A stretch of DNA of 64,000 nucleotides from Candidatus Bathyarchaeota archaeon (GTDB taxonomy: Archaea > Thermoproteota > Bathyarchaeia > Bathyarchaeales > Bathycorpusculaceae). Made by a program: the position numbers and the translations under genes. Under the pieces are notes generated by a model, which worked only from the letters and a program-made list of their open reading frames with translations, was not told the origin of the DNA and made no database searches. Shown in pieces: positions 41,867 to 51,686 of the stretch (within the stretch, counting starts at the first letter, position 1; every line of letters starts with the position of its first letter). The stretch is from the NCBI GenBank assembly GCA_963826715.1, contig CAWGYA010000008.1:544001-608000 (forward strand). The letters are read 5' to 3'.

Positions 41867-42007
41867 TTTTTAAAACGCAGAGAAAAGGGTCAGCCAATAA
41901 TTTATCCACCTATAACTAAATTACTATAGGTTTTATGGAATAGACCTTTATTGGCAGCTAATGATTTGGATTACATGCTAAAATAGTAAAATAAAAAAAT
42001 TTTTGTT

Positions 42008-43138
42008 TTAGTCTTCGCGCCACTTAAACAGCTTAACTGCCAAAACAAAGATAACAATTGTAATCATTGCTAGAACTGCGATGTCGATGAGCGCATTGGG
42101 GATGTTGTTGTAGACCATTACGTTGTTTAAGCCCTCTGTGACGTAGAAAAGAGGTAGCACATGCGCAAACGTCTGTAAGTAATCGGGCATGCTGCTGATT
42201 GGGAAAAAAGTGCCTGCTAAGAACATCATGGGGAACGTGACGATGTTGCCGATAACACCTGCTGTTTCAGGGTTCTTAGTTACGGTGCCAACCAACATGC
42301 CCAGAGCCGCAAACATCATTGGACCTAAGACTAGGAAGGGCAGAAGCCACAGCGATAGCGTTACGTGTGCTCCAAAGACAAAGATGCCTACGCCCACCAT
42401 CAATAGGAAACCTGCCATTGTCAGTACGATGTACCAGATGACTTTGCTAGTTAACCACTCCATCTTGGTCAAAGGCGTCAGTGAAAGTTGCTTGAAGAGT
42501 TTTGATTTCTTGTACTCGCTGGATATGTTGACGAGTGAGAACATGGGACTGGTGAGGATTGAGAAGCCGATTAAGCCTGGAATCAAGAAGTCCACGTAGG
42601 CAGTTTGCTGTGTGTTTACTGTTGCTGAGGCAATGCTGATTATGTTTGGGTTGGCAGAAGTATCATTGGCTTTTATTTGATAATATTTGAGGTTGAAATA
42701 GTTGGCATATCCGTTAACTGTTCCACTAACTATGCCGCTGGTGCTTGACGCTGGGTTACCGTAAACAGTAATGTTCACTTGTTGCCCTGCCAAGTAATCC
42801 ACCGAGAAATTCATAGGAATAACTATTCCGTCCGAAGCTGAATTAGCTGCTAAGTAATCGGCGAAATTCTCTGACGAATTAACTGTAATAACTCTGATGG
42901 TTGTAGATTCATTCAGATTCGCCAGGAAGCTATCTCCGGCATTTTGTCCAAAAGCGCCTGTATCCTGATTCTGCGCGTAAACGTTAACTGGCCCGCCTCC
43001 ACCGCCTGAAAAGATGGCGCCGAAAATCAAAATCAAGATAACTGGAAAAATTAACCCGAAGAATAACCCAAATTTGTTTCTAAGGTAACCTACACTGAAA
43101 ACTTTAAAGTCTGCAAAGATACGTTTTCCGCTTGGCAT
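42008..43138 (-). CDS. ABC-2 type exporter permease
   Basis: YVDFLIPG, FLAGTFFP, LPL motifs; 6 TM. Confidence 0.9.
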   Translation of the reverse strand: MPSGKRIFADFKVFSVGYLRNKFGLFFGLIFPVILILIFGAIFSGGGGGPVNVYAQNQDTGAFGQNAGDSFLANLNESTTIRVITVNSSENFADYLAANSASDGIVIPMNFSVDYLAGQQVNITVYGNPASSTSGIVSGTVNGYANYFNLKYYQIKANDTSANPNIISIASATVNTQQTAYVDFLIPGLIGFSILTSPMFSLVNISSEYKKSKLFKQLSLTPLTKMEWLTSKVIWYIVLTMAGFLLMVGVGIFVFGAHVTLSLWLLPFLVLGPMMFAALGMLVGTVTKNPETAGVIGNIVTFPMMFLAGTFFPISSMPDYLQTFAHVLPLFYVTEGLNNVMVYNNIPNALIDIAVLAMITIVIFVLAVKLFKWRED

Positions 43139-43140
43139 TT

Positions 43141-44181
43141 TTAGCGCCTCCGTTTTTTGTCTGAGGCTGCACCTTTCGGCATGTCTCCCTGTTCGCCGAG
43201 GGGTTCACTTACCAGGTTGATGAATACATCGTCTAAGCTGTCTTGGCGCGTTTGGATGGCGCCCCACTCCAGCCCCGATTGTTCGGCCGCCGCCAAAGCT
43301 GCTAGGGCGTCGATTCTCTTTTGAAGCGGAATAGTAATTACTTCTTTAACGGTATCAAAATCCACATGCAATTCAGTATTTGTTTTAATGTAGTCCGCAA
43401 GTTGTTGGTTACCATGGATTTCTAAGCGTTCCCCTGAACCATGCTGCTGAATGATTTCTTCAGTTGTGCCCATGGCAACGATTTTGCCATGATCCATGAT
43501 TGCTACTCTGTCGCAGAGATGTTGGGCTTCGTCGAGGTAATGAGTGGTTAAGATGATGGTTTTCCCTTTGGCTTTGAGGCCGCGGATGACTTCCCAGATA
43601 GCTCTTCGGGCGTTTGGGTCTAAGCCCGTGGTGGGTTCGTCGAGGAAAAGAAGTTCAGGCTTGTTCACCAATGAGAGGGCAAGACCCATTTTCTGTTTTT
43701 GCCCGCCTGAGAGATTCTCGAAGTTCTGTTTAGCCATATCCTCAAGGAGTACCTCTTTTAGGATGAGGTCGGAGTCGACTTTTACGTTGAAGAGGTTTGC
43801 GTAGTAGTTAATGGCTTCCCGGGGCGCCGTTTTCTCAAAAAACGTGAAGTTTTGGGGTATCACACCGATTCGTTTGTGAAGTTCATAGCCGTTTTTCCAT
43901 GGGTCAAGCCCCAAGATTTTTACATCTCCGCTGCCACATTCACGCAAACCCTCCATGATTTCGATGGTAGTGGTTTTTCCTGCACCATTAGGACCCAATA
44001 GCCCAAAAACTTCTCCTTGCTTAACGTTAAAGGAGATTCCGTCAACGGCTTTTAAATCTCCATAATACTTTTTGAGCTGGAATACTTCAATTGGCATCAT
44101 GTCAGGTGGGTCCTTTGATATGGGAAAGTATATTTCTGTAGGTATTGAGGGAAGAAATATAACTTTCGGCTGTAGAAACAA
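43141..44181 (-). CDS. ABC exporter ATP-binding subunit
   Basis: GPNGAGKTT, LSGGQ, FLDEPT, SLDDVF. Start probably ~44100. Confidence 0.93.
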   Translation of the reverse strand: MFLQPKVIFLPSIPTEIYFPISKDPPDMMPIEVFQLKKYYGDLKAVDGISFNVKQGEVFGLLGPNGAGKTTTIEIMEGLRECGSGDVKILGLDPWKNGYELHKRIGVIPQNFTFFEKTAPREAINYYANLFNVKVDSDLILKEVLLEDMAKQNFENLSGGQKQKMGLALSLVNKPELLFLDEPTTGLDPNARRAIWEVIRGLKAKGKTIILTTHYLDEAQHLCDRVAIMDHGKIVAMGTTEEIIQQHGSGERLEIHGNQQLADYIKTNTELHVDFDTVKEVITIPLQKRIDALAALAAAEQSGLEWGAIQTRQDSLDDVFINLVSEPLGEQGDMPKGAASDKKRRR

Positions 44182-44209
44182 TAACTATTATTGATGATAA
44201 TACAGAAGG

Positions 44210-44719
44210 TTAAGGATTAATTTCCCGAAGAATTTTTCGTTTGACAGTTCCATTGATTTTCCCCAAAAGAAAAGCTATCATGTCCTCAGGATAAATATAG
44301 CGAGGTCCCCGTTCATGCGACACTGCTACCTGAAGATTGCCCTTTTCAAAAGCCACACGCAACATATAGTAATCAAATTTTAATGCTGCACGAGCTACGC
44401 CGCTGCCACGATAGTAGCGTATTGAACAAAAAAAATCTAGAATCCGCACCCGCCCCTTATCGATGAAATCCAGCGCTTTAGCTACTTCTTCTGCATCTAT
44501 GAAGTTAAAATTAACTCCGTCAGCTAATCCGAACTCAAAAATAATCCAGCCATCAGGCACCGTAGGGATAGTGACCTCTTCGAAGCGGAATTCTCTTTGG
44601 TTTACTTCACCTAAAACCTGAATCAACTGCTGCTGAAGGTGTCGAGTTGATGCGTTGGAGTGGTAATTTTTGATATAATGTATATCAGCTGGAAAATTGC
44701 TGTAGGAACCTAAAGTCAA
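44210..44719 (-). CDS. hypothetical protein
   Basis: 169-aa ORF in an operon-like arrangement. Confidence 0.7.
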   Translation of the reverse strand: MTLGSYSNFPADIHYIKNYHSNASTRHLQQQLIQVLGEVNQREFRFEEVTIPTVPDGWIIFEFGLADGVNFNFIDAEEVAKALDFIDKGRVRILDFFCSIRYYRGSGVARAALKFDYYMLRVAFEKGNLQVAVSHERGPRYIYPEDMIAFLLGKINGTVKRKILREINP

Positions 44720-44726
44720 TTTAGGT

Positions 44727-45119
44727 CTAGCTCTTTATTTTCTTGATTTTTTCGACACTATTAAGGAGTTCACTTAGGGCATTGGTGATTTTTTGGAGTT
44801 CATCTATGTCTACTGTCTCCTCGATTCGTCTTTGCAAATCAACTATCTTAGTCATCAACGTGGCTTCCAGTTTATCGTAGGCATCTCTTGATTTAGGAAC
44901 CTGTGCAGGCGACTCGCCCCCTTCCTTTATAACAATTACTTTTTTTTCATCTTTGGCGCACCAGAGCATACCATCTTTGAGGCGGAACAGTGGCGACGAG
45001 CATGCGGGGCATGATAGGTCGGTTAACGTGCTCCCTTGCCTTAGAAGATCGGCCATTCGTTTGATTGGGTCAGTATCTTTATCTTGTTGCATATTGAACC
45101 CCAAAATAAATACCTGCAA
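44727..45119 (-). CDS. UPF0148 / SSSCA1-like Zn-ribbon protein
   Basis: MADLLRQG.TL....CPAC.SPLF......WC; neighbour of UPF0147. Confidence 0.85.
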   Translation of the reverse strand: MQVFILGFNMQQDKDTDPIKRMADLLRQGSTLTDLSCPACSSPLFRLKDGMLWCAKDEKKVIVIKEGGESPAQVPKSRDAYDKLEATLMTKIVDLQRRIEETVDIDELQKITNALSELLNSVEKIKKIKS

Positions 45120-45145
45120 TACATATATAACTTGATAACCGCAAC

Positions 45146-45448
45146 ATGTGTGAAGGGGAACTAATTTATATGGTGCGCAAAAAGAAAACAGAGGAATATG
45201 AAGCGAAAATTAAGCAAGCCTTGATGGTATTAGGCGAGGTTTCAGAGGACACAACTACTCCAAGGAACATCCGCCGGAGCGCAAAAGACGCCGTTAACGC
45301 ATTGCAGGGAACAGAATACACGCCGGCCGTAAAAGCCTCAAACGCTGTTGCACTCCTCGATGAGATTCTACAGGACCCCAACATGCCGCCGTACACACGT
45401 GTGAAATTGTGGAACGTAATGAGTTTCATTGAAGCCATAAAAGATTAG
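45146..45448 (+). CDS. UPF0147 family protein; integration target of the element
   Basis: DTTTPRNIRR, DPNMP.YTR...W. Its last 18 nt are duplicated at 62463-62480. Confidence 0.92.
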   Translation: MCEGELIYMVRKKKTEEYEAKIKQALMVLGEVSEDTTTPRNIRRSAKDAVNALQGTEYTPAVKASNAVALLDEILQDPNMPPYTRVKLWNVMSFIEAIKD

Positions 45449-45548
45449 TATTCGAGTATGTCAGACTACTTTCTTTTCCTAAACAGCAATTAGATCAAGA
45501 CCGTTTTCAAAGCCGACTTCGAGCAGTTTGAATGCTTCTTGAAGGTTT
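45431..45548 (+). repeat. attL-like direct repeat, copy 1 (118 bp)
   Basis: GAAGCCATAAAAGATTAGT...GAATGCTTCTTGAAGGTTT. Matches 62463-62579 with 3 substitutions and a 1-nt indel. Confidence 0.95.
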
Positions 45549-46755
45549 CGGCAACTTTTACGTGGTATTCCTCGTCTGCATTTTGAAAGATCGCTTTTTC
45601 CAGATTGATGTAGATTAGCGTATTTCTTAGGTCTCGGTGACCGAGCAGTTGCTGCACGTGAAGAATGTCTCTTGTTTTATGGTATTCCATGGTTGCCTTC
45701 CAGTGTCTGAAAGTATGCAAGCCGATTTCTTTGAGTCTTGGGTTTTGTAGCTTGAAGGCTATACTCTTGCGCGTTTTGTAGAAGTTCGATTTTAGGCTGT
45801 AGGCGGTTGCAAAGATTTTTTCTGTTTTCTTAGGTTGACGGTTTAGCATGTCGATGAGCTTTTGGCTTATTGGCAGTATGCGTGCTCTGCTTCCTTTCTC
45901 AGGGGTAATGGTTGCTATTTTTCTTTCGATGTCGAGGTCTCTCCATCTTAGTCTTGCTGCTTCGCCGCTTCTTGCACCGGTCTCTTTTAGGAATTGTAGG
46001 AATGTTGCGAGTACTCTGCCGCTTCCTGAGATTAGCGAGTCGATTTCTGCTTCTGTTGGTATGTAAGGTGCGTTATCGACTGGTTTGTATTTTGGCGGTT
46101 GCCATTGGAGATTGTTGAATTTTAGAAAGCTGCCGTATACTATGACGACCATTTGTTTTGTGGCTTCGTTCCATTCTTTGGTTTTTGCTAAGTATTCTTT
46201 GACTGCTTCCGGTGTTAAGTCAGTGTTTTTTGCGAGTTTTCGCAGGACTGCACTGTAGCTTCCGAGGGTGTTGCCTTTTACTCCGTTTTGTCTTAGATTC
46301 CAGAGGAACTCTACGATTTTAGCTGTTTTGTCTGGCTGCGTTGTGCCCTCCCGCTGGGCGTTTTGTTGGGTTTGACTTGTGACCAAGGTTAATCCTCCTG
46401 CCAGGAGGGTCGATGCTCGTCCCTTACGGGATTCACTGCGTTCTTGGCGATTAACTCTTAGGACTGATGTTGTATTTATGGTGTAGGTCGAAGTTCGTAG
46501 CAGTTTTTTTCTCTTGTCGGGTGGGCTGAAGCGGTAGTTGCAGTCTCGACATAACCATCTTTGAACCGGTATGCCATCAAAAAGGTATCTAAAACCTCCT
46601 CTGTAAAGCCTCTGAGAGTGGCATTGGGGGCACTCTATAATTGGCTGCTTAGGGGGTTGGTGCAAGCGGCTATCAACCGACTTCCCATCTGAATCTTGCC
46701 TTCTGCCAAGAACGCCAAAATCAGAATTGTTGAAGCCAACCTCTCCCTCAGCCAA
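45490..46755 (-). CDS. int: tyrosine recombinase/integrase with an N-terminal Zn ribbon
   Basis: CPQC...QRWLCRDC Zn ribbon. Catalytic set ETGAR, PEKG, HTFRH, LGH, TLIY all present. Last ~20 codons appear frameshifted. Confidence 0.93.
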   Translation of the reverse strand: MAEGEVGFNNSDFGVLGRRQDSDGKSVDSRLHQPPKQPIIECPQCHSQRLYRGGFRYLFDGIPVQRWLCRDCNYRFSPPDKRKKLLRTSTYTINTTSVLRVNRQERSESRKGRASTLLAGGLTLVTSQTQQNAQREGTTQPDKTAKIVEFLWNLRQNGVKGNTLGSYSAVLRKLAKNTDLTPEAVKEYLAKTKEWNEATKQMVVIVYGSFLKFNNLQWQPPKYKPVDNAPYIPTEAEIDSLISGSGRVLATFLQFLKETGARSGEAARLRWRDLDIERKIATITPEKGSRARILPISQKLIDMLNRQPKKTEKIFATAYSLKSNFYKTRKSIAFKLQNPRLKEIGLHTFRHWKATMEYHKTRDILHVQQLLGHRDLRNTLIYINLEKAIFQNADEEYHVKVAETFKKHSNCSKSALKTVLI

Positions 46756-46980
46756 TCAACTCACCTTGCATTGAATGGGGTCAGGTGCTGTTTTCTCAAC
46801 TGCTTCATAAACGGCAATATACACTCCCAACTCAGCAACAAACACCAAAGCCCTAACCGTAGGATTCACCGATGTATGCTCCCGCCGACAAGCCTCCGCC
46901 CGAGCAACAGCTAACAAAGAACCCACATCAACCGTCTTCTCGTTAGGAGAAATAACAAGAGCCTTAAGCATAGTTTTCAT
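46756..46980 (-). CDS. small hypothetical protein between replicase and integrase
   Basis: Abuts both neighbours (start overlaps the replicase stop; stop is adjacent to the int start). Confidence 0.6.
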   Translation of the reverse strand: MKTMLKALVISPNEKTVDVGSLLAVARAEACRREHTSVNPTVRALVFVAELGVYIAVYEAVEKTAPDPIQCKVS

Positions 46981-49649
46981 TTAACACCCCATCTGCCAAT
47001 TTGAGGAACCGCAAAAATTTGTCCTTCTTCAAGCAGAATTTTTACTGTTTGATGAATATCCAGACTTAGTTCCTTGCATTTCTCGGAGAGAATTGATGAA
47101 TCTATTGTGCAATTCTCATCTTTTTCTGTTAGAAGGCAATCTTTGATTTTATCAAGATTTTCTTTATTCCATGAAGAAGGGGAAATAATAGCGTCCTTAG
47201 CGTCCTTACTGTTTTTGTCGTCGGACTGTTCGGCATTGATAACATGGATGTATTGGTCGCTTTGGACGCTAACTATACTTATTCTCCTCTTGCCACTTTT
47301 AGAAGAAATTATTTCCCAGCCCAACGCTCTTAATGAGGGTGCTAGTTCATTCAGTTGTCGGGTTAATGCATGCGGTACTTTTGGCCAAGTCTTTTGACGA
47401 GGATTAATTTCAAGTGTTTTTGCATGATTCAAAAGTGTGGTATGCAACTCTGTTGGGGTTCCAATCCATTCTTTGAGTGATTTTTCAATTATTTCATTTT
47501 CTAAGTAATCAAGCAATACAGCTGCAATAGGACTTGCCAAAGCAGCCTCTTCCACTTGGCTTTTGACTTTGCTTTCATAAGCTGTTAAGAAATCTTCTGG
47601 GCTCTTACCTAATGCCTTAGCTATTGAACAACCCCATCGTGTGAAATCTGCCATTCTGAAAAGTCCCTCGGGATTGACGTTTGGATAATTCTTAATGGCT
47701 TTTACAAGGGCATCTAGGAAGCCTCCCAGAATACTCTGTTTTTTAGCATTTAACTCCGCTATAATTTGTTCTTCGGTTTTTCTCTGCTCTTTAGGAATAA
47801 ATTCAAGTGGAACTAAGAAACTGCGATCTAGTAAGTCTCCGCGTTGTGCTGCAATATTTATACCGTTTAAACCTACACATCGTTTAAAATTGTAAATTAT
47901 ATCCTCGTCGTCGGAATAGAGTTCTCGCTTAGTAAATCCACCTCCAGTGGCTGCCTTGCAGAGACTGTCGCTTGTCCAGGTTGGTATACTTGTTAGGTTA
48001 TCGTAAAACGCAAGCCAATTATGGTCAAGTTGTTGGACTCTTTCTCTTTCATCTCTTGACATGCTTAAGAGGTCTATACTCGAGGGATCAAAAATCTCCT
48101 TAATTATCCTAAATAGCCAGCTTTTTCCTGTACCCTGTGGTCCATGCAGAACTAAGATTGGATGAGGTATCAGTGGTATTAGGTAGCTTGCACAAAGGCA
48201 CATCAACCCTAACCGACTATCGTTATCGTCTTTTCGAATATTAAAAAAATCTAAAAGCTGCCATGGATCACCACCTGCAATTGGTGAGATTATTGGAAGT
48301 TGATGTCCATATCTTTTGAAAAGTATAGGTGGGTGATTTACTATTTGCCAACGGTTTGCGTCCACTTTTATTGCTTGCCATTTATCATTAACCATGTCAA
48401 TCCAGAAGCCGTCTTTGTCAGGTGCCACTCGATTATATAGAATGTATTGTGTGCCTTCAATCAGAGCTTTTCCTTGAAGAACACTCAATGCACTGTTTAT
48501 TCCTTCGGCGCTAGGTGCTTTTTGTTCTTTTTTCCACATAAGGTTAGCTAACCAAGTTTTGCATTGGCGGCTGCGTATTGGAATTGTTATGTTAGCCTCG
48601 TTTTGAATTACTCGCATGTAAGGAGTTTTGTGTTGGTCGTGGAAGAAGACAGGGTTTTGAAGGAGACAAATGTCTACTATTTTGTCAGCTTGGCTTTGGT
48701 TCCGGTTGCTTCTGTTTTCTTCTTTGGGCTTGCGGCAATCTTGACAGTTTATTAGTTTACATTCTGTGTAGCAGATGTCTAATTCTTGAAGGGTTTCACG
48801 TCTATACCTGTAGTTGTTTCCTTCAGAGGCCTTAGATATTGTATAGGTTAATCTTTGGTCTGTTTCATCTCGGTCAAAATTATGTACGGGTGAGGGTTCC
48901 CACGCTTGGTTCTCATGGAATATTTTTCTTATTTCATCGTTTGTTCTGCCCGTGAAATGTAGTTCATAAACTAAAGCTACTTTTTCATTATGCCTTAGAT
49001 GTGCCTGCTTCATTAATTTTTCAAAGCACGGTCTAACTGGCGTTGCTTCGATTTCTAAGGGGATAATATTGGTAGCTGTTGGAATTTTTGCTTTTATTAA
49101 GTCCGCTGATAGAAGGGCTTCATGAAACATTTCTTCAGCATTTTCTACGATTGTTGGATCGTTATCATTTTCTCTGGAATAGCCTTCGCTCGGTGCCATA
49201 ATGCATAAGTTGCCCTTTCCTAGAAGTTCCAAGTAGGTTCCTTTAGGCTTCCAACCATTAACAGGTTGCCTTGAATAATAGAGTAGGTGCTGTCCGTCGG
49301 ACCTTGTTTTTTCCAGTTGAGTGACTCTCAAGTTACTAATGGCGTGGAGTGTCTTTTCAAGAATCTCGGGTGTAGCGTTTTCTCCTTTAACGTCTCTATC
49401 GATAGCGCAAAAATATACTTCATCGTTACCTACAGTGATTCTTGTTCCTGTAATAATTCCAAACAAACAATAGTTTTCGATATGAAGAGCCTGAAACTCT
49501 TCAAGTGTCTGCCGTCTGGATTGCCACTGCTTCCAGGAGTTCACAACTGGTCTTTTTTTCCCGTCAGAGTCTACAATAAAAGGTACAATTCCCAAGCCTA
49601 TTTGATGATATTTCTGCGCTTCTAACAGAAGATTATTATCGTTTTCCAT
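46977..49649 (-). CDS. replication protein: bifunctional primase-polymerase + PriL-C-like domain + P-loop helicase
   Basis: KKRP...WKQWQ, GIITG, AIDRD, TRSDGQHLLY (Prim-Pol). RPCF...H.EK..L and DICYTEC (PriL-C-like). LHGPQGTGKS, FYDN, DLLDR (SF3-like). Confidence 0.85.
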   Translation of the reverse strand: MENDNNLLLEAQKYHQIGLGIVPFIVDSDGKKRPVVNSWKQWQSRRQTLEEFQALHIENYCLFGIITGTRITVGNDEVYFCAIDRDVKGENATPEILEKTLHAISNLRVTQLEKTRSDGQHLLYYSRQPVNGWKPKGTYLELLGKGNLCIMAPSEGYSRENDNDPTIVENAEEMFHEALLSADLIKAKIPTATNIIPLEIEATPVRPCFEKLMKQAHLRHNEKVALVYELHFTGRTNDEIRKIFHENQAWEPSPVHNFDRDETDQRLTYTISKASEGNNYRYRRETLQELDICYTECKLINCQDCRKPKEENRSNRNQSQADKIVDICLLQNPVFFHDQHKTPYMRVIQNEANITIPIRSRQCKTWLANLMWKKEQKAPSAEGINSALSVLQGKALIEGTQYILYNRVAPDKDGFWIDMVNDKWQAIKVDANRWQIVNHPPILFKRYGHQLPIISPIAGGDPWQLLDFFNIRKDDNDSRLGLMCLCASYLIPLIPHPILVLHGPQGTGKSWLFRIIKEIFDPSSIDLLSMSRDERERVQQLDHNWLAFYDNLTSIPTWTSDSLCKAATGGGFTKRELYSDDEDIIYNFKRCVGLNGINIAAQRGDLLDRSFLVPLEFIPKEQRKTEEQIIAELNAKKQSILGGFLDALVKAIKNYPNVNPEGLFRMADFTRWGCSIAKALGKSPEDFLTAYESKVKSQVEEAALASPIAAVLLDYLENEIIEKSLKEWIGTPTELHTTLLNHAKTLEINPRQKTWPKVPHALTRQLNELAPSLRALGWEIISSKSGKRRISIVSVQSDQYIHVINAEQSDDKNSKDAKDAIISPSSWNKENLDKIKDCLLTEKDENCTIDSSILSEKCKELSLDIHQTVKILLEEGQIFAVPQIGRWGVK

Positions 49650-49682
49650 TTTTGTGGCTTAACTCCATAGCTTTTTTGATAA

Positions 49683-49919
49683 TCAGGCTGTCTCGTGGTT
49701 TGTCCCTATGCTTGCACTTTGTTTTCTGCTTTTCAAGTCAAGTCTTATTAAATCTCTGAGATAGTCGGCTAGGTTGATGTGTGAGCTTTCAGGTAAGGCG
49801 TTTTTTACTTCTTGAAACATTGACTTGCTTATCCGGGTCGAAACTGCAACTGTTTGCTCTTTTTCTGTTATCAAACGTTTACACCCAATTATACCTGAAT
49901 ACAAATATATGAGCACCAA
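49683..49919 (-). CDS. ribbon-helix-helix (CopG-like) regulator
   Basis: TVAVSTRISKSMFQEV...NLADYLRDLIR; directly upstream of the replicase. Confidence 0.8.
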   Translation of the reverse strand: MVLIYLYSGIIGCKRLITEKEQTVAVSTRISKSMFQEVKNALPESSHINLADYLRDLIRLDLKSRKQSASIGTNHETA

Positions 49920-49949
49920 GAAGAGAATTACCCCTGTAGGTGCTCATTA

Positions 49950-51521
49950 ATGGATTCTAAGACAGCGGAGATAAGCGATAGGCTCAGCCAATATAAGTCC
50001 GCAGAAGACTTAAGCGAGAAAGATAGACAGCGCTATCTCTTAATCCTAAAGTTCATTGGAAAACATGGGATTAAAGGTACATATACCGCTGGTTTGAGAA
50101 AGAACTATGGTTTGAGTAGTCGCTACATAAGAGCTGTTGAAATCTGGTTGAAGGACCATGATTGGATCAAACCAGTCGGAAAAGAACACCATAAAAAAGT
50201 ATGTTTGACCGATAAAGGTCAAGATGCCCTAAGCATTCTTGTACGATATTGCTATTCTCCTTTGACGGAGCCTAAACTGAAGATAGACTTCCCCCTTGGG
50301 GAGGAACAAACAATAGTCGCCTCAATCCCTGACAAGGATGTTTTATCGATCGAGAAGTTAGCGATATTATCGCGGCCTGATGTTAGGGAAGGTATAGTTA
50401 AGATAGCTCATAGCTTGATAGAAAATAATCACAAAAATATCACTCTCAAAATAGAAATACCTCCATTGCATGCTTCCCAATTAACCAGTTTCATAAAACT
50501 AATCGAGCTAGTTTATTGGCTGGTTCTGCAAAAGAGCGATTATAAGGGACTACTAGCTTACGAGCCTATTTCAGAAAATACAGAAAACCAAGAGGTGTAC
50601 ACATCATTTTGGAAAATGTACTTGGAGAAGCATCTCAGCATTAAAGACAATGAAATCTACAGGTCGAGTATCTGGATTTTTGACGGAGTGCCTGATGGTA
50701 GGAAAGAGTCGTTTCAACAGCCTCTTCATGATTTCTTCGTAGAAGAATTGGGCTTTGAGGAAAACAGTTTTAGTTTCTTCCTTGACCTCCTAAGTGAGCC
50801 TCCGATAAGAAAGTGGATAGAGGACAGATTAGCTAAAGATCCCGATTGGTTTATGCCCCAATATTTTTGGAAAAATCCGGGTTATTGGGATAGGTATTTC
50901 TTAGGTTTTGATCTTCCATCTACAACCTTGAACATACTTCAACCATTGATGAAAGATTTGGGTGAATTTGAGTATCTCGAAATTCCGAGAAAGGGAACAA
51001 TTTTTGGTAGTGATAATGCAGATCAATCCGTTCTCGATAAGGCGGTGGCTATTGTGAGGGAAAAAAATGGGGTATGCGTTCAGATTGAAAAACTTCCAGC
51101 TTTTCGAGTCGAGTTTGTAGATCGAATAAAGCCACCTATCTGGCACGAGTTTTCTCTACAAGAAATTACTAACGAGTATTATCAGCTTGAGTTCAATCTT
51201 AGATGCATGACAACAGCAGGTAATTATATGCTTGAGTCAACTATTGATCACCTTCTTAAAATGGATCTAAATTCTGACCTCTTTTATAGAAATTGGCGGG
51301 TGCTATACGAAGTATTTTCAAAAGACCACAGAGATAAAATCCCCCAAAGCAGACTTAAAGATATAATTGAGTTAATTCAAAAAGCCTATGTGAAGTACAT
51401 TCCGGAAGGTAAGCCCACCGTAGATTTGATAGCTGTATTGAATAATTATAAAGTCACCTTGGATCCATCTAAACTCTTACAAGACATAGACAATGGAAAA
51501 TACGATATTAACATAGTTTAA
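49950..51521 (+). CDS. hypothetical protein with an N-terminal wHTH
   Basis: LLILKFIGK...LSSRYI....WL..HDWI......VCLTDKG..AL fits a MarR/ArsR-type wing; remainder unrecognised. Confidence 0.65.
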   Translation: MDSKTAEISDRLSQYKSAEDLSEKDRQRYLLILKFIGKHGIKGTYTAGLRKNYGLSSRYIRAVEIWLKDHDWIKPVGKEHHKKVCLTDKGQDALSILVRYCYSPLTEPKLKIDFPLGEEQTIVASIPDKDVLSIEKLAILSRPDVREGIVKIAHSLIENNHKNITLKIEIPPLHASQLTSFIKLIELVYWLVLQKSDYKGLLAYEPISENTENQEVYTSFWKMYLEKHLSIKDNEIYRSSIWIFDGVPDGRKESFQQPLHDFFVEELGFEENSFSFFLDLLSEPPIRKWIEDRLAKDPDWFMPQYFWKNPGYWDRYFLGFDLPSTTLNILQPLMKDLGEFEYLEIPRKGTIFGSDNADQSVLDKAVAIVREKNGVCVQIEKLPAFRVEFVDRIKPPIWHEFSLQEITNEYYQLEFNLRCMTTAGNYMLESTIDHLLKMDLNSDLFYRNWRVLYEVFSKDHRDKIPQSRLKDIIELIQKAYVKYIPEGKPTVDLIAVLNNYKVTLDPSKLLQDIDNGKYDINIV

Positions 51522-51686
51522 CGAGCGCTTTTTTCCTTGTTTACGGAAAACCCCGTTGTAACTGTCTATTGTTAGCTGCAAAACTTGGCGCAGGGCAATC
51601 AAGTGCTTGGTCCTCCTCAATAGTACAGCCATTGCCTCCATTAGAGACTCTCAAATTTACCCATGTTGGATTGCAGGCGGCAATGC

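Noticed and set aside
636-44200. Numerous 60-190 aa ORFs antisense to or nested in housekeeping genes (e.g. 6287-6859, 10315-10833, 11274-11720, 32677-33162)
   Set aside because: They are shadow ORFs of well-supported genes on the opposite strand or in another frame.
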